This document shows positions 17,858 through 28,118 of a stretch of DNA of 64,000 nt, one piece after another. Both the position numbers and the translations under genes were made by a program. This DNA is from Pseudomonadota bacterium. Its GTDB lineage: Bacteria; Pseudomonadota; Alphaproteobacteria; Rhizobiales; Pleomorphomonadaceae. Position 1 is the stretch's first letter. Every line of letters begins with the position of its first letter. Under the pieces are notes generated by a model. It did not search any database. It saw nothing but the letters and a program-made list of their open reading frames with translations, and was not told where the DNA came from. The stretch is taken from the NCBI GenBank assembly GCA_018262575.1, contig JAGSYU010000006.1:7528-71527 (forward strand), given 5' to 3'.

Positions 17858-20800
17858 ATGGTCCAGCTCGCCAAGCTTGGCGTTGAGGCTTCGCAAAAGT
17901 CCGACATTCCCGTGAACTACGATACCGGCGCCGTGGATATGTTCCGCACGCTGGCTGCGGTCGGCGGCGGGATTGCCGACCGCATCGGGCAACTGGCGGC
18001 TGTGGAGGCCAGGAAAAAGGAACAGATAGACGCTATTCAGGCCGAGCAGGCTGGCTATCGCGATGCCAGCTCGCTCCCGCTCGCCAATGTCGGCGCCGGG
18101 GCTGGTGTCGACGACGGCCGTGGAAACGGCGCGCGGAGAACGTATGTCCGCGACCGGCTTGTAGCGAAAGGGTGGACCGCAGAACAGGCGGCTGGCGTCA
18201 CGGGCGCGTTCGTGCAGGAAAGTGGTCTCAACACCGGCATCGTCGGCGATGCAGGGATTTCCTTCGGCCTCGGTCAATGGAACCGCGAACGGCGGGCGGC
18301 ATTGACGGCCTTCGCGGCAGCGGCCGGAAAACCCGTCACCGACATCGACACGCAAATCGACTTCTTCGACCACGAAATCCGCAACTCGCCGGCCGAGCAG
18401 CGGGCGTTGCTGGCCCTGACATCGGCCAAGACCGTTGACGATGCCGCCGTGGCGATGATGCACTACGAGCGGCCGCGCGACTATTCGCCGGACAACCCCA
18501 CCGCAGGGCACGGCTGGTCGAACCGGCTCGCCTACGCCAAGAACATTTATGGGGCTGGGTCGGCACCTTCTGCTTCCGGGGGGGCAACAGGGCAAGCGCC
18601 AGTTCCGGCCGTGCCGCAGACATCCGTCCCGTCGCAAGGCCCCCGCTTCGAGTTTCGCACCGGCTACACGCCAGCGGACATGGCCTACAACGATGCGGCG
18701 CGCAAGACGATCGGCGCTCGGCTCGGCGTTCAGCATCAGAGCGCGATGGATAACATCTACGCCGCCAACAAGGGCGACCCGGCCAAGCTCGACCAGGCGC
18801 TCAAGGGCTATTCGCAAGACGCGCTTGCCGGCGTGACCGATCCGCAGCTCAAGGCGGCGATGACGATCGATCTGGAGCAAGCGCAGTCGGCGTACCACAA
18901 ATCCGCTCTCGGCGAGGCGGAGGCCGCCGCCAAAGAACGTGTCGCCAACGAGAAGTCGATCTTCCTCGACAACATGGCGACGGCCAACATCAAAACGGGC
19001 GCGGCGCTCTCCGAACAATACAAGGGCGACCCGACCGGCCTTGCCTCCGCCTATGACAAGCATATGGCCGATACGCTCAAAGGGATCCCCGATCCGGTCG
19101 CGCGCGCCGACATGGAACGGCAGTTAACGGCTGATCGGCAGCAAGCGATCGCACAGGCTACCCGTGAACAGGATGCCAAGGCGACCAGTGACCGCCGCGC
19201 GTCGTTCGAGGCCACCGTCGAAGCCAGGAAGGCCGCCATCGTCCGCGCGTCGCAGGATGCCGGCAACAGCGCCTCGGCCGACCAGGCGCTCGCCCAGCAC
19301 CTTGGAGCCCTGAAGGACCAGCTCGACCGTGCCGGCGACGCCTACACTCCCGAGGAAAAGGGGAAGATCTTCCACGGCGTCGTCGATGACATGATCGCAG
19401 CGCGGATCGTCGGCGGCTTCAACGCCAACAAGACGCCGGCCGGCAAGCAAGCCTATCGCGATGCTTTCGTGAAATCGTGGATGGGGCAGGACGAGGTTAT
19501 CGGGCAGATGAGCCCGGATGGCTACGGCAAGATCGTTTCCATCCTGGACGAAGCTCTGATCAAGGACGAGGCCGAACGGACACGCCAGGCGAAGGCCGTC
19601 GACACGACGATTTCGTCGGCCTTTTCCAACCTCGAAAAGGGATATCCCCTCACGCCGGATGCAATGGCATCGGTCAAGGCGCAGGTCGCGACACTGGCCG
19701 ACCCCTCCCTTGATGCCCGCTTCGGCTTTCTCGACAGCATGTCGACCTGGGCGCGTGCCGCCGCCGCCTCGCCGCCGCAGGCGCTTGCCGCGCAGATCGA
19801 CGACTGGAGCCGCGCCATTCAAACCAGAGGCGCGACCCCCGAGGATATACAGAAACTGGACATCGCGCAGTCGCTGCAAAAGACGATGAGCGAGGGGCTG
19901 AAGACCAACGCGCTGGGCTGGGCTTCGCGTGTGGGGCTGATCAATCCGACGCCGATCGACACTAGCTCGACGGAGACGCTCGCCGTGTCACTGCAAAAGC
20001 GCGTGGCCGAAGCCGATACCGTCGGCTCCATCTATGGCATGCGTGATCCTGTCGGGCTTCTCCAGCCGGGGGAAGCGCAGGCGATCGGTGATTATCTCAC
20101 CAGCAACCCGGACCAGCTTCCCGCCTTTTCTCGCTCGGTCTACGGGGCGCTCGGGCAGAACACCGGGCGGTTCTTCGGCGAGATGGCAAAGGATGGCCCC
20201 ATGCTCGCCCACGTGGCGGGGTTGACGGCCGAAACCGGCGATGAGCGCGTGGCGCGGGACGTCGGCGACATGCTGAAGCGGCGGGCGGTGCCCGGCTATA
20301 AGGCGCCGGAAATCCCGAAGGCCAAGGCAAGCGCGGCCATTTCCAACACGATGGGAACGGCAACGCTGCTGCTGCCCCGCCTTTCGGCGGCCGCTCGCGA
20401 GACGGCCGACACGCTTTTGGAAGGGCGCGCGCTTCGCCAGGGGTTCGCCGACGACGATGCAGCAACGGCGGCGGCTACGGAAGCGGCCCAACGCTCGCTC
20501 GGCGCCCGCATGGTGGGTGACGTTCAATACGGCGGGGCGCAGGAAGTGAACGGCCTTTCTACGCTGCTGCCGCCGACCGTCTCCGGCGAAGAGGCGCAAC
20601 AGGCCCTCGATATGCTGCGCCCCTCCGATCTGCCGGCGTTGGCCAACCTTTCCAGTTTGCCGGCGATCGGTTCGGCGAACCGTTACGCGATTACGCCCGA
20701 TGACATCGCCGACGGCCATCTCGTGGCGATCGACACGGACGGACACTATCGCGTCGCTCTCGGCGACCCGACCTCTGACGCCCCGCGCTGGGTGGCGGCG

Positions 20801-20935
20801 GCCGATGGCTCGCCGTGGATCCTTGATCTCAAGGCCGTCATCGCCGCCCAAAACAGGGTGAGCGGAGAAGCGGAGAAGCGTCGGCGAGAGGGCGTCGCCG
20901 AGCGCTGGGGCATGCCGGCAAACGGGGGGCGCTGA
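17858..20935 (+). CDS. Internal virion protein with phage tail-lysozyme domain
   Basis: GWTAEQAAGVTGAFVQESG...FGLGQW...R...YERP lysozyme motif at ~18140-18550; rest helical. Confidence 0.85.
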   Translation: MVQLAKLGVEASQKSDIPVNYDTGAVDMFRTLAAVGGGIADRIGQLAAVEARKKEQIDAIQAEQAGYRDASSLPLANVGAGAGVDDGRGNGARRTYVRDRLVAKGWTAEQAAGVTGAFVQESGLNTGIVGDAGISFGLGQWNRERRAALTAFAAAAGKPVTDIDTQIDFFDHEIRNSPAEQRALLALTSAKTVDDAAVAMMHYERPRDYSPDNPTAGHGWSNRLAYAKNIYGAGSAPSASGGATGQAPVPAVPQTSVPSQGPRFEFRTGYTPADMAYNDAARKTIGARLGVQHQSAMDNIYAANKGDPAKLDQALKGYSQDALAGVTDPQLKAAMTIDLEQAQSAYHKSALGEAEAAAKERVANEKSIFLDNMATANIKTGAALSEQYKGDPTGLASAYDKHMADTLKGIPDPVARADMERQLTADRQQAIAQATREQDAKATSDRRASFEATVEARKAAIVRASQDAGNSASADQALAQHLGALKDQLDRAGDAYTPEEKGKIFHGVVDDMIAARIVGGFNANKTPAGKQAYRDAFVKSWMGQDEVIGQMSPDGYGKIVSILDEALIKDEAERTRQAKAVDTTISSAFSNLEKGYPLTPDAMASVKAQVATLADPSLDARFGFLDSMSTWARAAAASPPQALAAQIDDWSRAIQTRGATPEDIQKLDIAQSLQKTMSEGLKTNALGWASRVGLINPTPIDTSSTETLAVSLQKRVAEADTVGSIYGMRDPVGLLQPGEAQAIGDYLTSNPDQLPAFSRSVYGALGQNTGRFFGEMAKDGPMLAHVAGLTAETGDERVARDVGDMLKRRAVPGYKAPEIPKAKASAAISNTMGTATLLLPRLSAAARETADTLLEGRALRQGFADDDAATAAATEAAQRSLGARMVGDVQYGGAQEVNGLSTLLPPTVSGEEAQQALDMLRPSDLPALANLSSLPAIGSANRYAITPDDIADGHLVAIDTDGHYRVALGDPTSDAPRWVAAADGSPWILDLKAVIAAQNRVSGEAEKRRREGVAERWGMPANGGR

Positions 20936-23478
20936 TGGGCAGCTTTGCTTACGAGACAGCGCTTTCGCCGTGGAACGGTGACAGCCTGGCCGGCGGACGG
21001 GCTTCGCTCGGCGAGATCTTCACGGCGGCCGACGACGAAATGCGACTTGGTGCCAACAGCAATTCCCGCTGGGCGGCGTTGGAAGACGCCTACGACGATC
21101 GCAACGACGCAATCTTCAAGGCAACGGGTCAACGGCTGCCAAACCCCGTGCGCGATCCGGTGTTGGTGCCGTTCGGGAACGGCGCCGGTCGTGCCCCGTT
21201 GCCGGCGGCTGTGGCCTATCCTCAGGGCTCGCGCGCGTGGAAGGACCGCCTCGCCGCGCTTGCCAAGCAATATCCTGATGCCGCCGAGGCGATCGGCGCC
21301 GAGCGCCCGATCGATGACGACGCGGGGGCGTTACTGCAAGCGGCCGAGGGGCGATCGGCGGAGGCTTCGGCCTCGCGTCCAGGTGTTGGCGGCTTTCTGG
21401 CTGGGCTGGCCGGCGGTATCCGCGGCTCTTTCCGCGACCCGCTTCAGGTGATGGCGATGGTCGTTTCGGGCGGCGAGAGCACGGCTGTAACCATCGGCGG
21501 TCGCTTGCTCGGTACGGCAGGGCGGGAAGCCCTGGTGAATGGGCTTTCCGAGGCGGTGATCCAGCCGGAAGTGCAGGCCTGGCGGAAAGAAGCCGGTGTC
21601 GACCACGGCTTAGGCCGGGCGTTCGGCGATGTGATGATGGCGGCCGGTCTCGGCGCCGGGTTCGGCACGATCGCCCAAGGCCTTCGCGAAGTGGTGCCGG
21701 CCTTGCGCGGGATCGGACAGGAACGGGCGGTGCCGAGCGAGCTACGCGGCGCGGTCGACGCGATCGACGCCGACGAAGCTGTCGCCGCCATGAAGTTGCC
21801 GGACGTATCGCCTGCAACGCATGACGAGGCGATGGCCGCCGGTGTGCGGGCGGCCGAGACGGGCGAGGTGCCGCCGTACCTCACCGAAACGCCGATGGAA
21901 AGCGCCAACCGGGAACTCTGGGCTGCGGCGCCTGACGACATGGGTCGGCTCGATGCGCTTTCCCGGCAGCGGGATATCAACGCGGCTGCCCTCACTGACC
22001 TGCAAGCACGGTCGATGGATGATGCCACCTTCGCGCCGGTGCGGCGGGCGTTCATCGAAGCGGAAGCGGCGGCGGCTGACGCGGATCGCCTCCGGGCGGC
22101 AGCCGATGCCTCGAAGATTGAGACCGAACGGACGCTCCTCGGCGAGCGAGCGGCGGCGCGAGACCGGGAGGCCGAGCGCATTCTCGGCACCATCGATCCG
22201 GAGAAGGCGCGCGAGCTACGCGACATTGAAGGCCAACTCAAGCTGCGCCGCGAGGGCCAGACCAATGTCGAGCAACTGCTCGGTGAAGCGCGGGCAAAGG
22301 TCGACGAACTTCGGGCACCGCTGCTCGACAAATATCGGCGCGCTCCGGAGCCGGCGCCCGAAATCATGCTGCCGGCGGAATACGGCCCGACCATCAAGGC
22401 ATCGCCCGATGCCTGGGCAGACGCCGTCGCCAAGGCCGAGGCTGACGGAAAGGGGCAGATCATCGGCGCGCTCTACAACGATGAGCTGGGGCACGTGGCG
22501 GCGCCCTGGTCGATGCCCGGCGACAAGGAACACGGGCTTGCCGGCCTGATAGGCCGTGGCCGCCGGGACGTCGTGGAGCGGCTACCGGAGATCATCCGGA
22601 ACGGCCGCGTCGAGATGGGACGGTCGCGGGCTCGGATCTTCACAGACGATCACGGCGCCGTCGTTCGGCTCGATTTTCGGCGGCAACGGGGAAAGGGTCA
22701 GGCTTCGGGCGGAAGCCCCTGGCTGCTGACGGCATTCAGAAAAGAAGATAACGCCGGGGATCCGAAGTTTGCACGGTCGGAACCCGAGGGGGTGACCGTC
22801 AACTCTTCTCCCCCGCCGGCACCTGAAAATATAGGCGCAACTCTGCCGAAAAACAACTCCGCTGCCATTCCGCGCCGATCGCTGTCCGGATCTGCCGGCG
22901 ATCGGGCAGCGATCAAGGAAGCGCAGGATCTGAGAGACCAGGCGAGAGAGTATCTTATCGACAGCTCGTGGTCCTCAGATCCAAAAGCGAGCAAGATCGC
23001 ATATCAAAAGGCTCGGGATCTGGAGGCGCGCGCCGACGAAATAGAGCGGCGTGTCGTGCCCAAAGGCAAACAAGCAAGAACCGACCCGGCAACGCCGGGG
23101 ACGACCGCGCCAACCGAAGCGACGGCCCCCGCAGCAGAGTTGATGCCGGCCGCGCCTGCGCGTGCCGAAAACGAGGCGATAAACACGCTCCGCCGTGCTC
23201 TCTCCGGCACGGCAGACGAGCGCGCGGCGGCGCATCGCAAGCTCGGCCAGATGGTCGATACCCTTCAGCGGCGCGAAGGCTACGAACCAAAGATCCACGG
23301 GCAGGCGACCGTCGACCTTCTGACACATGCGCTCGGCGGGGATCCCGACCGTGTTGTTTCCAGCCTGGCGCGAGATGCGGCCGGCGCCGACGTCGACGTG
23401 ACGTTTCAGCGTGGCCTCGAGGTGGCCGGCCGGGGCGACGCGCTTTCCGAAATGATCGACGCCTGCAAAGCGAGGTGA
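20935..23478 (+). CDS. Internal virion/polyvalent protein with PBECR1-like domain
   Basis: Gly-rich ejection-protein N-terminal half; GAL..DELG...GL...LPEIIRNG...AVVRLD...WLLTAF domain. Confidence 0.75.
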   Translation: MGSFAYETALSPWNGDSLAGGRASLGEIFTAADDEMRLGANSNSRWAALEDAYDDRNDAIFKATGQRLPNPVRDPVLVPFGNGAGRAPLPAAVAYPQGSRAWKDRLAALAKQYPDAAEAIGAERPIDDDAGALLQAAEGRSAEASASRPGVGGFLAGLAGGIRGSFRDPLQVMAMVVSGGESTAVTIGGRLLGTAGREALVNGLSEAVIQPEVQAWRKEAGVDHGLGRAFGDVMMAAGLGAGFGTIAQGLREVVPALRGIGQERAVPSELRGAVDAIDADEAVAAMKLPDVSPATHDEAMAAGVRAAETGEVPPYLTETPMESANRELWAAAPDDMGRLDALSRQRDINAAALTDLQARSMDDATFAPVRRAFIEAEAAAADADRLRAAADASKIETERTLLGERAAARDREAERILGTIDPEKARELRDIEGQLKLRREGQTNVEQLLGEARAKVDELRAPLLDKYRRAPEPAPEIMLPAEYGPTIKASPDAWADAVAKAEADGKGQIIGALYNDELGHVAAPWSMPGDKEHGLAGLIGRGRRDVVERLPEIIRNGRVEMGRSRARIFTDDHGAVVRLDFRRQRGKGQASGGSPWLLTAFRKEDNAGDPKFARSEPEGVTVNSSPPPAPENIGATLPKNNSAAIPRRSLSGSAGDRAAIKEAQDLRDQAREYLIDSSWSSDPKASKIAYQKARDLEARADEIERRVVPKGKQARTDPATPGTTAPTEATAPAAELMPAAPARAENEAINTLRRALSGTADERAAAHRKLGQMVDTLQRREGYEPKIHGQATVDLLTHALGGDPDRVVSSLARDAAGADVDVTFQRGLEVAGRGDALSEMIDACKAR

Positions 23479-23482
23479 CGTG

Positions 23483-25963
23483 ATGGGCATCGAGAAATGT
23501 CTCTCCACTCTGGTGGAGGCGAAGGAAATCAGCTCTGCGGAAGCCGATGACCTCAATAAGCGCTACGAGCAGTTCCGCGGCGCCCGGGCGGCAAGCGGCT
23601 CGCCGGCCGCCGATGCCGAGGCGAAGGCCGACCTTTCGGCCGACCTCAAGGCGGAAGCCCTGGACAGGAAGCGGCGCTTTTTGCTGCAAACGGCCGTTGA
23701 TGCGCGGATCGATGCCGACCTCGACCGGTTCCGCACGGCGAGTGGCAAGAAGGACAAGGCGGAAGCTGCGCTGGCGTTGCTCGAACACTACGGCACGGCG
23801 CCGTATTCGTCGGTCGAAGGGCGTCGAAAATCGCTGATCGGCGCCGACCTCGCCAAGCTCTCGGACCTTCTCGCCGCCTTCGAACGCGACTGGAAGGGCG
23901 GCGCGCCGAACAAGGCGCGGCTTTCCAACATCGTGCGCGAGGCCTTCGGCAAGGACACCGGCGACCGCTCGGCGAAGGCATTCGTGCGGGCCTGGCTTGA
24001 GGTGGCTGAAGGCGAACGCGCGCGCTTCAACCGGGCTGGCGGCTCGATCGGCAAGCTGGACAACTGGGGGCTGCCGCAAGTCCATGACCGGTTGGCTCTG
24101 ACCAACATCGGGAAAGACCGCTGGGCGACAGCCATTCTGCCGCGCCTCAACCTTGATCGGATTTCAGAGATCGCCGGCCGACGGATCACGCGCGAGGAGA
24201 TGACCGGCATCCTCGGTGATATCTGGGAAGACGTGGTGACCGACGGATGGGCAAGTCGCGACATTTCGCGTGTGGCCTATGGCAAGGGCATGCTCGCCAA
24301 ACAGCGCTCGGAACACCGCTTCCTCATCTTCAAATCGCCCGACGACTGGATGGCCTACCAGGCGGACTTCGGCGGCGGCGCCGACCCCTTCGCGGCGATG
24401 ATGCACCACATCGGCATGATGAACCGCGATATCGCCGCCATGGAAATCCTCGGGCCGAACCCCGACGCGCAGATCCGGCGACTGACCAACATCCTGACCA
24501 AGGCCGGGCAGGAAACCAAGATCGGCAAGGGAAAGGACATCGCCAAGGGGCTGGTGTTCTCGGCCGAGACGCGCGCTGCGCAGGCCGCCGAACGGCTCGA
24601 TGAAATGTGGTTCGCCATGCGCGGCGGCGCCGGGGCGCCTGTATCGTCGGGAATGGCCTGGGCCGGCGCCACGGCGCGCGGCGTCATCACCTCGTCGGTC
24701 ATGGGCAAAGCCGTGCTTTCGGCGGTGACGACGGACCCGATGTTCGGCGCGGCGGCCCGCCACATGGCAGGTCTCCCCGCCTTCCGTTCGTTGTCCGACA
24801 CGATCGGCGCCATGGGCAAGGAAAGCCGCACGGAAGCCGTGCGAATGGGCCTCGTGCTCGACAGCGCGCTCAACGTGCTGGGCACCGAAGCGCGCTATGC
24901 CGGCGCGATCGGCAACGCCAAGCTCGGCAACTGGCTGGCCGATCGTACGCTCGCATGGAGCGGACTGAACGCATGGACGCAAGCCGGCAAGCACGGTTTC
25001 GGCATGACGATGATGATGCACCTCGCCGACCAGACGTCGAAGGGGTGGAAGTCGGCCGATCCGACCTTCCGGCGGACCTTCGAGCGCTACGGCTTCACGG
25101 CGGAGGATTGGGCGAAGCTCGCCACGGTGAAGCGTTATCGGCCGGACGCCGGTGGCGGGTTCCTGCGCCCTGACGAGATCGCGGCCGTTGACGAACAACT
25201 GGCGCACCGGGTGCTGGAAGTGGTGCTTACGGAAACCGAATACGCGGTGCCATCCGGCACGGTGCGAGGGCGCACCTACTTCGTCGGCCGGACGCGGGCC
25301 GGCACGGCAAAAGGCGAGTTCTGGCGCTCGGCCGCCATGTACAAGTCCTTCTCGGTGACCTTTGCCCTGCTTTACGGATCGCGGCTGATCCGCACCGCTT
25401 ATGAACGCGGCATGGTTTCGGCGGCAGCTTATGCCGGCGCCATCCTGTTCACGTCGTCGGTGGGCGGCGCGGCGGCCATGTGGCTGAAGGACGTGACGGC
25501 CGGTCGTGATCCCCGCCCGATCGGCAGTGGCACCGACGCGGCCAAGTTCCTCGGCGCGGCAGCCCTGCAAGGCGGCGGGCTTGGCATCTGGGGTGACTTC
25601 CTGTTTTCCGACCTCAACCGCTACGGCGGCAGCTTCGGCAAGACCCTGGCCGGCCCCGTGGCAGAACGGGGAAGCGGTATCCTCAACCTGACGCTCGGCA
25701 ACCTCGTGCAGCTCGGCATGGGCGAGGATGCCAACTTCGGCCGCGAGGCGGTACGCTTTCTTTCCGGCAACGTGCCTTTCGCCAACATCTGGTACGCGCG
25801 CATCGGCTGGGAACGGCTGTTCCTCGACCAGGTGCAACATGCCGTCGACCCGAAGGCCAACCAGTCGTTTAAAGAAGCGAAACACCGCTGGGTACGCGAC
25901 TTCAACACGGATTTCTGGTGGCAGCCGGGCAAGGCCGCGCCCGACCGGATGCCCGCCTTCTGA
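23483..25963 (+). CDS. Large internal virion (ejection) protein, gp16-like
   Basis: WGLPQVHD, RFLIFKS, MYKSF, GGLGIWGDFL motifs; Gly-rich C-terminal region. Confidence 0.8.
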   Translation: MGIEKCLSTLVEAKEISSAEADDLNKRYEQFRGARAASGSPAADAEAKADLSADLKAEALDRKRRFLLQTAVDARIDADLDRFRTASGKKDKAEAALALLEHYGTAPYSSVEGRRKSLIGADLAKLSDLLAAFERDWKGGAPNKARLSNIVREAFGKDTGDRSAKAFVRAWLEVAEGERARFNRAGGSIGKLDNWGLPQVHDRLALTNIGKDRWATAILPRLNLDRISEIAGRRITREEMTGILGDIWEDVVTDGWASRDISRVAYGKGMLAKQRSEHRFLIFKSPDDWMAYQADFGGGADPFAAMMHHIGMMNRDIAAMEILGPNPDAQIRRLTNILTKAGQETKIGKGKDIAKGLVFSAETRAAQAAERLDEMWFAMRGGAGAPVSSGMAWAGATARGVITSSVMGKAVLSAVTTDPMFGAAARHMAGLPAFRSLSDTIGAMGKESRTEAVRMGLVLDSALNVLGTEARYAGAIGNAKLGNWLADRTLAWSGLNAWTQAGKHGFGMTMMMHLADQTSKGWKSADPTFRRTFERYGFTAEDWAKLATVKRYRPDAGGGFLRPDEIAAVDEQLAHRVLEVVLTETEYAVPSGTVRGRTYFVGRTRAGTAKGEFWRSAAMYKSFSVTFALLYGSRLIRTAYERGMVSAAAYAGAILFTSSVGGAAAMWLKDVTAGRDPRPIGSGTDAAKFLGAAALQGGGLGIWGDFLFSDLNRYGGSFGKTLAGPVAERGSGILNLTLGNLVQLGMGEDANFGREAVRFLSGNVPFANIWYARIGWERLFLDQVQHAVDPKANQSFKEAKHRWVRDFNTDFWWQPGKAAPDRMPAF

Positions 25964-26111
25964 TTTCCTGCCCCTTGCCGTCACCATGGGATAACGAACC
26001 CGCACGCCGATCTCGGGCGGGGTCCGCGTGCCATGCGAGGGAAGGGTTTTGCGTTCCTTCGCTGGCCGGCGGGGGTGGTGCCCCGCCGGCCCTTCAAACA
26101 GCGAGGGCACG

Positions 26112-27425
26112 ATGGCGCTGCCGGATCCGATCCCGAGACGAGAGATCACCCTCGACGTCACCTCGTCGAAGGCCGACTACGGCGTCCCTTTCCCCTTCAT
26201 CTTCGACATGGACGTTGAGGTGGCCGTGTCGACGGCCGCCGCGCCCGACACCTTCGTACCGCTGGCCTACCCTACCGGCTACACGCTCACCGGCGCCGGC
26301 AACCCGATCGGCGGGACGGCACATTTGTCGGTCAACCCCGAGGTTGGCGGCAAGGTGCGCTTTCGCGGCATTTCTGCGGAAAACGCATCGGAAGAGGTGA
26401 TCCGGGGTGTCCGCTACAATTACTTGACCATTGAACAGACGCTGTTGCGGTTTGCCTGGGGGCTTCAGGAGACTGCGCGGGACACGGACGATCTCGGCGA
26501 CCGCGTCGATGGTATCTTTGAAGCGGTCGCCGACGCTGTCGCTACCACGACGTCGAAAGCTGCTGCCGCCTCCGCTAGTGCGACCACAGCCTACACGGCG
26601 GCCGGCACTGCAGCCGGTGCTGCCGATACGGCCGGCGCCGCAGCCGCGCTCGCCAATCAGTTGGCCAATGCGGCCCCCGACACGCCGGTCGGCAATGGAT
26701 ATTCGGCCCGCCATTGGGCGGCCTTGGCCCAAGCGCTTTCGGACACTTTCGACCTGAGCAGCTACTCGACCACAGCCCAGATCGAGGCAATCCTTGAAGG
26801 CTACGTGCCGACGGCACGGACGATCGCCAGCGGCAACGGCGTTATGATCAACGGTGGTGCAAGCGCGACGCTTGGCAGCACCGTGACCGTCTCACTCGAC
26901 TTTGCGACCGATGCGGAGGCCATTGCTGGCACAAATACGGGGAAACCCGTCGCCCCTGCTGGATTGCACGCCGCGATCGTCGCGGCTCTAGCAAGCGCCT
27001 CGGGCGTCCCGATCGGCACCTGGGACCACTTTAGTGGGCAAACACCACCTGCCGGCTATCTGGTTCGGGATGGCTCTGCCGTATCTCGCACCACCTATGC
27101 AGCGTTATTCGCCGTTTGTGGAACAACCTACGGTGCCGGTGATGGCTCCACCACGTTCAACCTACCTGACGGCCGGGGTGTGTTCGATCGCGGTTGGGAC
27201 GGTGGCCGTGGATTGGATAGTGGTCGTGTATTCGGCAGCTATCAGGCAGACGAGCTTAAGAGCCACACACACACAATACAAAGGATTGTGACGGGCGGAA
27301 TTGTCATCGAGGGCATATCAACTATATCGCAAACGCCTAACGGTACTTTCGCCTCGGGCGCTACCGGTGGCACCGAAACCCGACCGAAGAACATCGCTGG
27401 TCTCCCGATCATCCGCGCTTACTGA
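26112..27425 (+). CDS. Tail fibre (T7 gp17-like N-terminus plus tail collar domain)
   Basis: PFPFIF..DVEV N-terminus; YSARHWA; collar P.GYL.RDGSAVSRTTYAALF...FNLPD.RG.F.RG; SHTH; ETRPKN. Confidence 0.88.
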   Translation: MALPDPIPRREITLDVTSSKADYGVPFPFIFDMDVEVAVSTAAAPDTFVPLAYPTGYTLTGAGNPIGGTAHLSVNPEVGGKVRFRGISAENASEEVIRGVRYNYLTIEQTLLRFAWGLQETARDTDDLGDRVDGIFEAVADAVATTTSKAAAASASATTAYTAAGTAAGAADTAGAAAALANQLANAAPDTPVGNGYSARHWAALAQALSDTFDLSSYSTTAQIEAILEGYVPTARTIASGNGVMINGGASATLGSTVTVSLDFATDAEAIAGTNTGKPVAPAGLHAAIVAALASASGVPIGTWDHFSGQTPPAGYLVRDGSAVSRTTYAALFAVCGTTYGAGDGSTTFNLPDGRGVFDRGWDGGRGLDSGRVFGSYQADELKSHTHTIQRIVTGGIVIEGISTISQTPNGTFASGATGGTETRPKNIAGLPIIRAY

Positions 27426-27430
27426 GGGTT

Positions 27431-28105
27431 ATGATGAAGACGGTTTATCAGACTGACGCGGCCGGCGTCTTTGTTGGCGAGACAGTGGCACATGAAAGCC
27501 CGCTGGAACCCGGTGTCGTCTTGATACCGGCGGGGTGCGTCGAAAGCCCCCCTCCGGCTGCCGCGGCCGGCCATGCGGCCATGTGGTCCGGCTCTGCCTG
27601 GGCGCTGGTCGATGATCGTCGCGGCGAGAGCTGGTACGACGGCAACACACCAATCCTGATCGACTTCGTGGGTGATCCGATAGAGCGCGGTTACACCGCA
27701 TCTGCTCCAGCGGCCACGCTCGACGATCTCCGTGCCGCCAAGATCGCCACGATCGTGGCGGTGGCCGATGCGCTGCTCGGCGCCGGTGCGCCGGTCACCG
27801 GTGGGCTGCATGTCGCCCTCGATGACGGCGGCCGGGCCGACCTTACCGCAATGGCGGCGACCGCCACGGCCGCGGCCAGCGGCGCCGTATCGTGGCCGGA
27901 GAGCTATTCGCGCGGCTGGATCACCATCGAGAACGTCCGCATCCCGCTCGCCACGCCGACCGCCGGCCTGACTCTGGCGGCCTCCGTCGGTGATTACTAC
28001 GCCGCCCTGGTCCAGCACCGGCGCGACCTGAAGGACGCGGCGCTGGCGGCCGAAGATGCCGCCGCGCTCGACGCCATCGACATTTCCGCCGGCTGGCCGG
28101 CCTGA
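27431..28105 (+). CDS. Tail fibre assembly chaperone (DUF4376-like C-terminus)
   Basis: VYQTD..GVFVG..ESPLEPG..LIPAG, WALVDDRRG, GWP end. Confidence 0.8.
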   Translation: MMKTVYQTDAAGVFVGETVAHESPLEPGVVLIPAGCVESPPPAAAAGHAAMWSGSAWALVDDRRGESWYDGNTPILIDFVGDPIERGYTASAPAATLDDLRAAKIATIVAVADALLGAGAPVTGGLHVALDDGGRADLTAMAATATAAASGAVSWPESYSRGWITIENVRIPLATPTAGLTLAASVGDYYAALVQHRRDLKDAALAAEDAAALDAIDISAGWPA

Positions 28106-28118
28106 GAAGGGGGCAATC

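Noticed and set aside
26112-28105. Diversity-generating retroelement or invertible fibre cassette
   Set aside because: No reverse transcriptase, TR/VR repeat pair or invertase seen in the window
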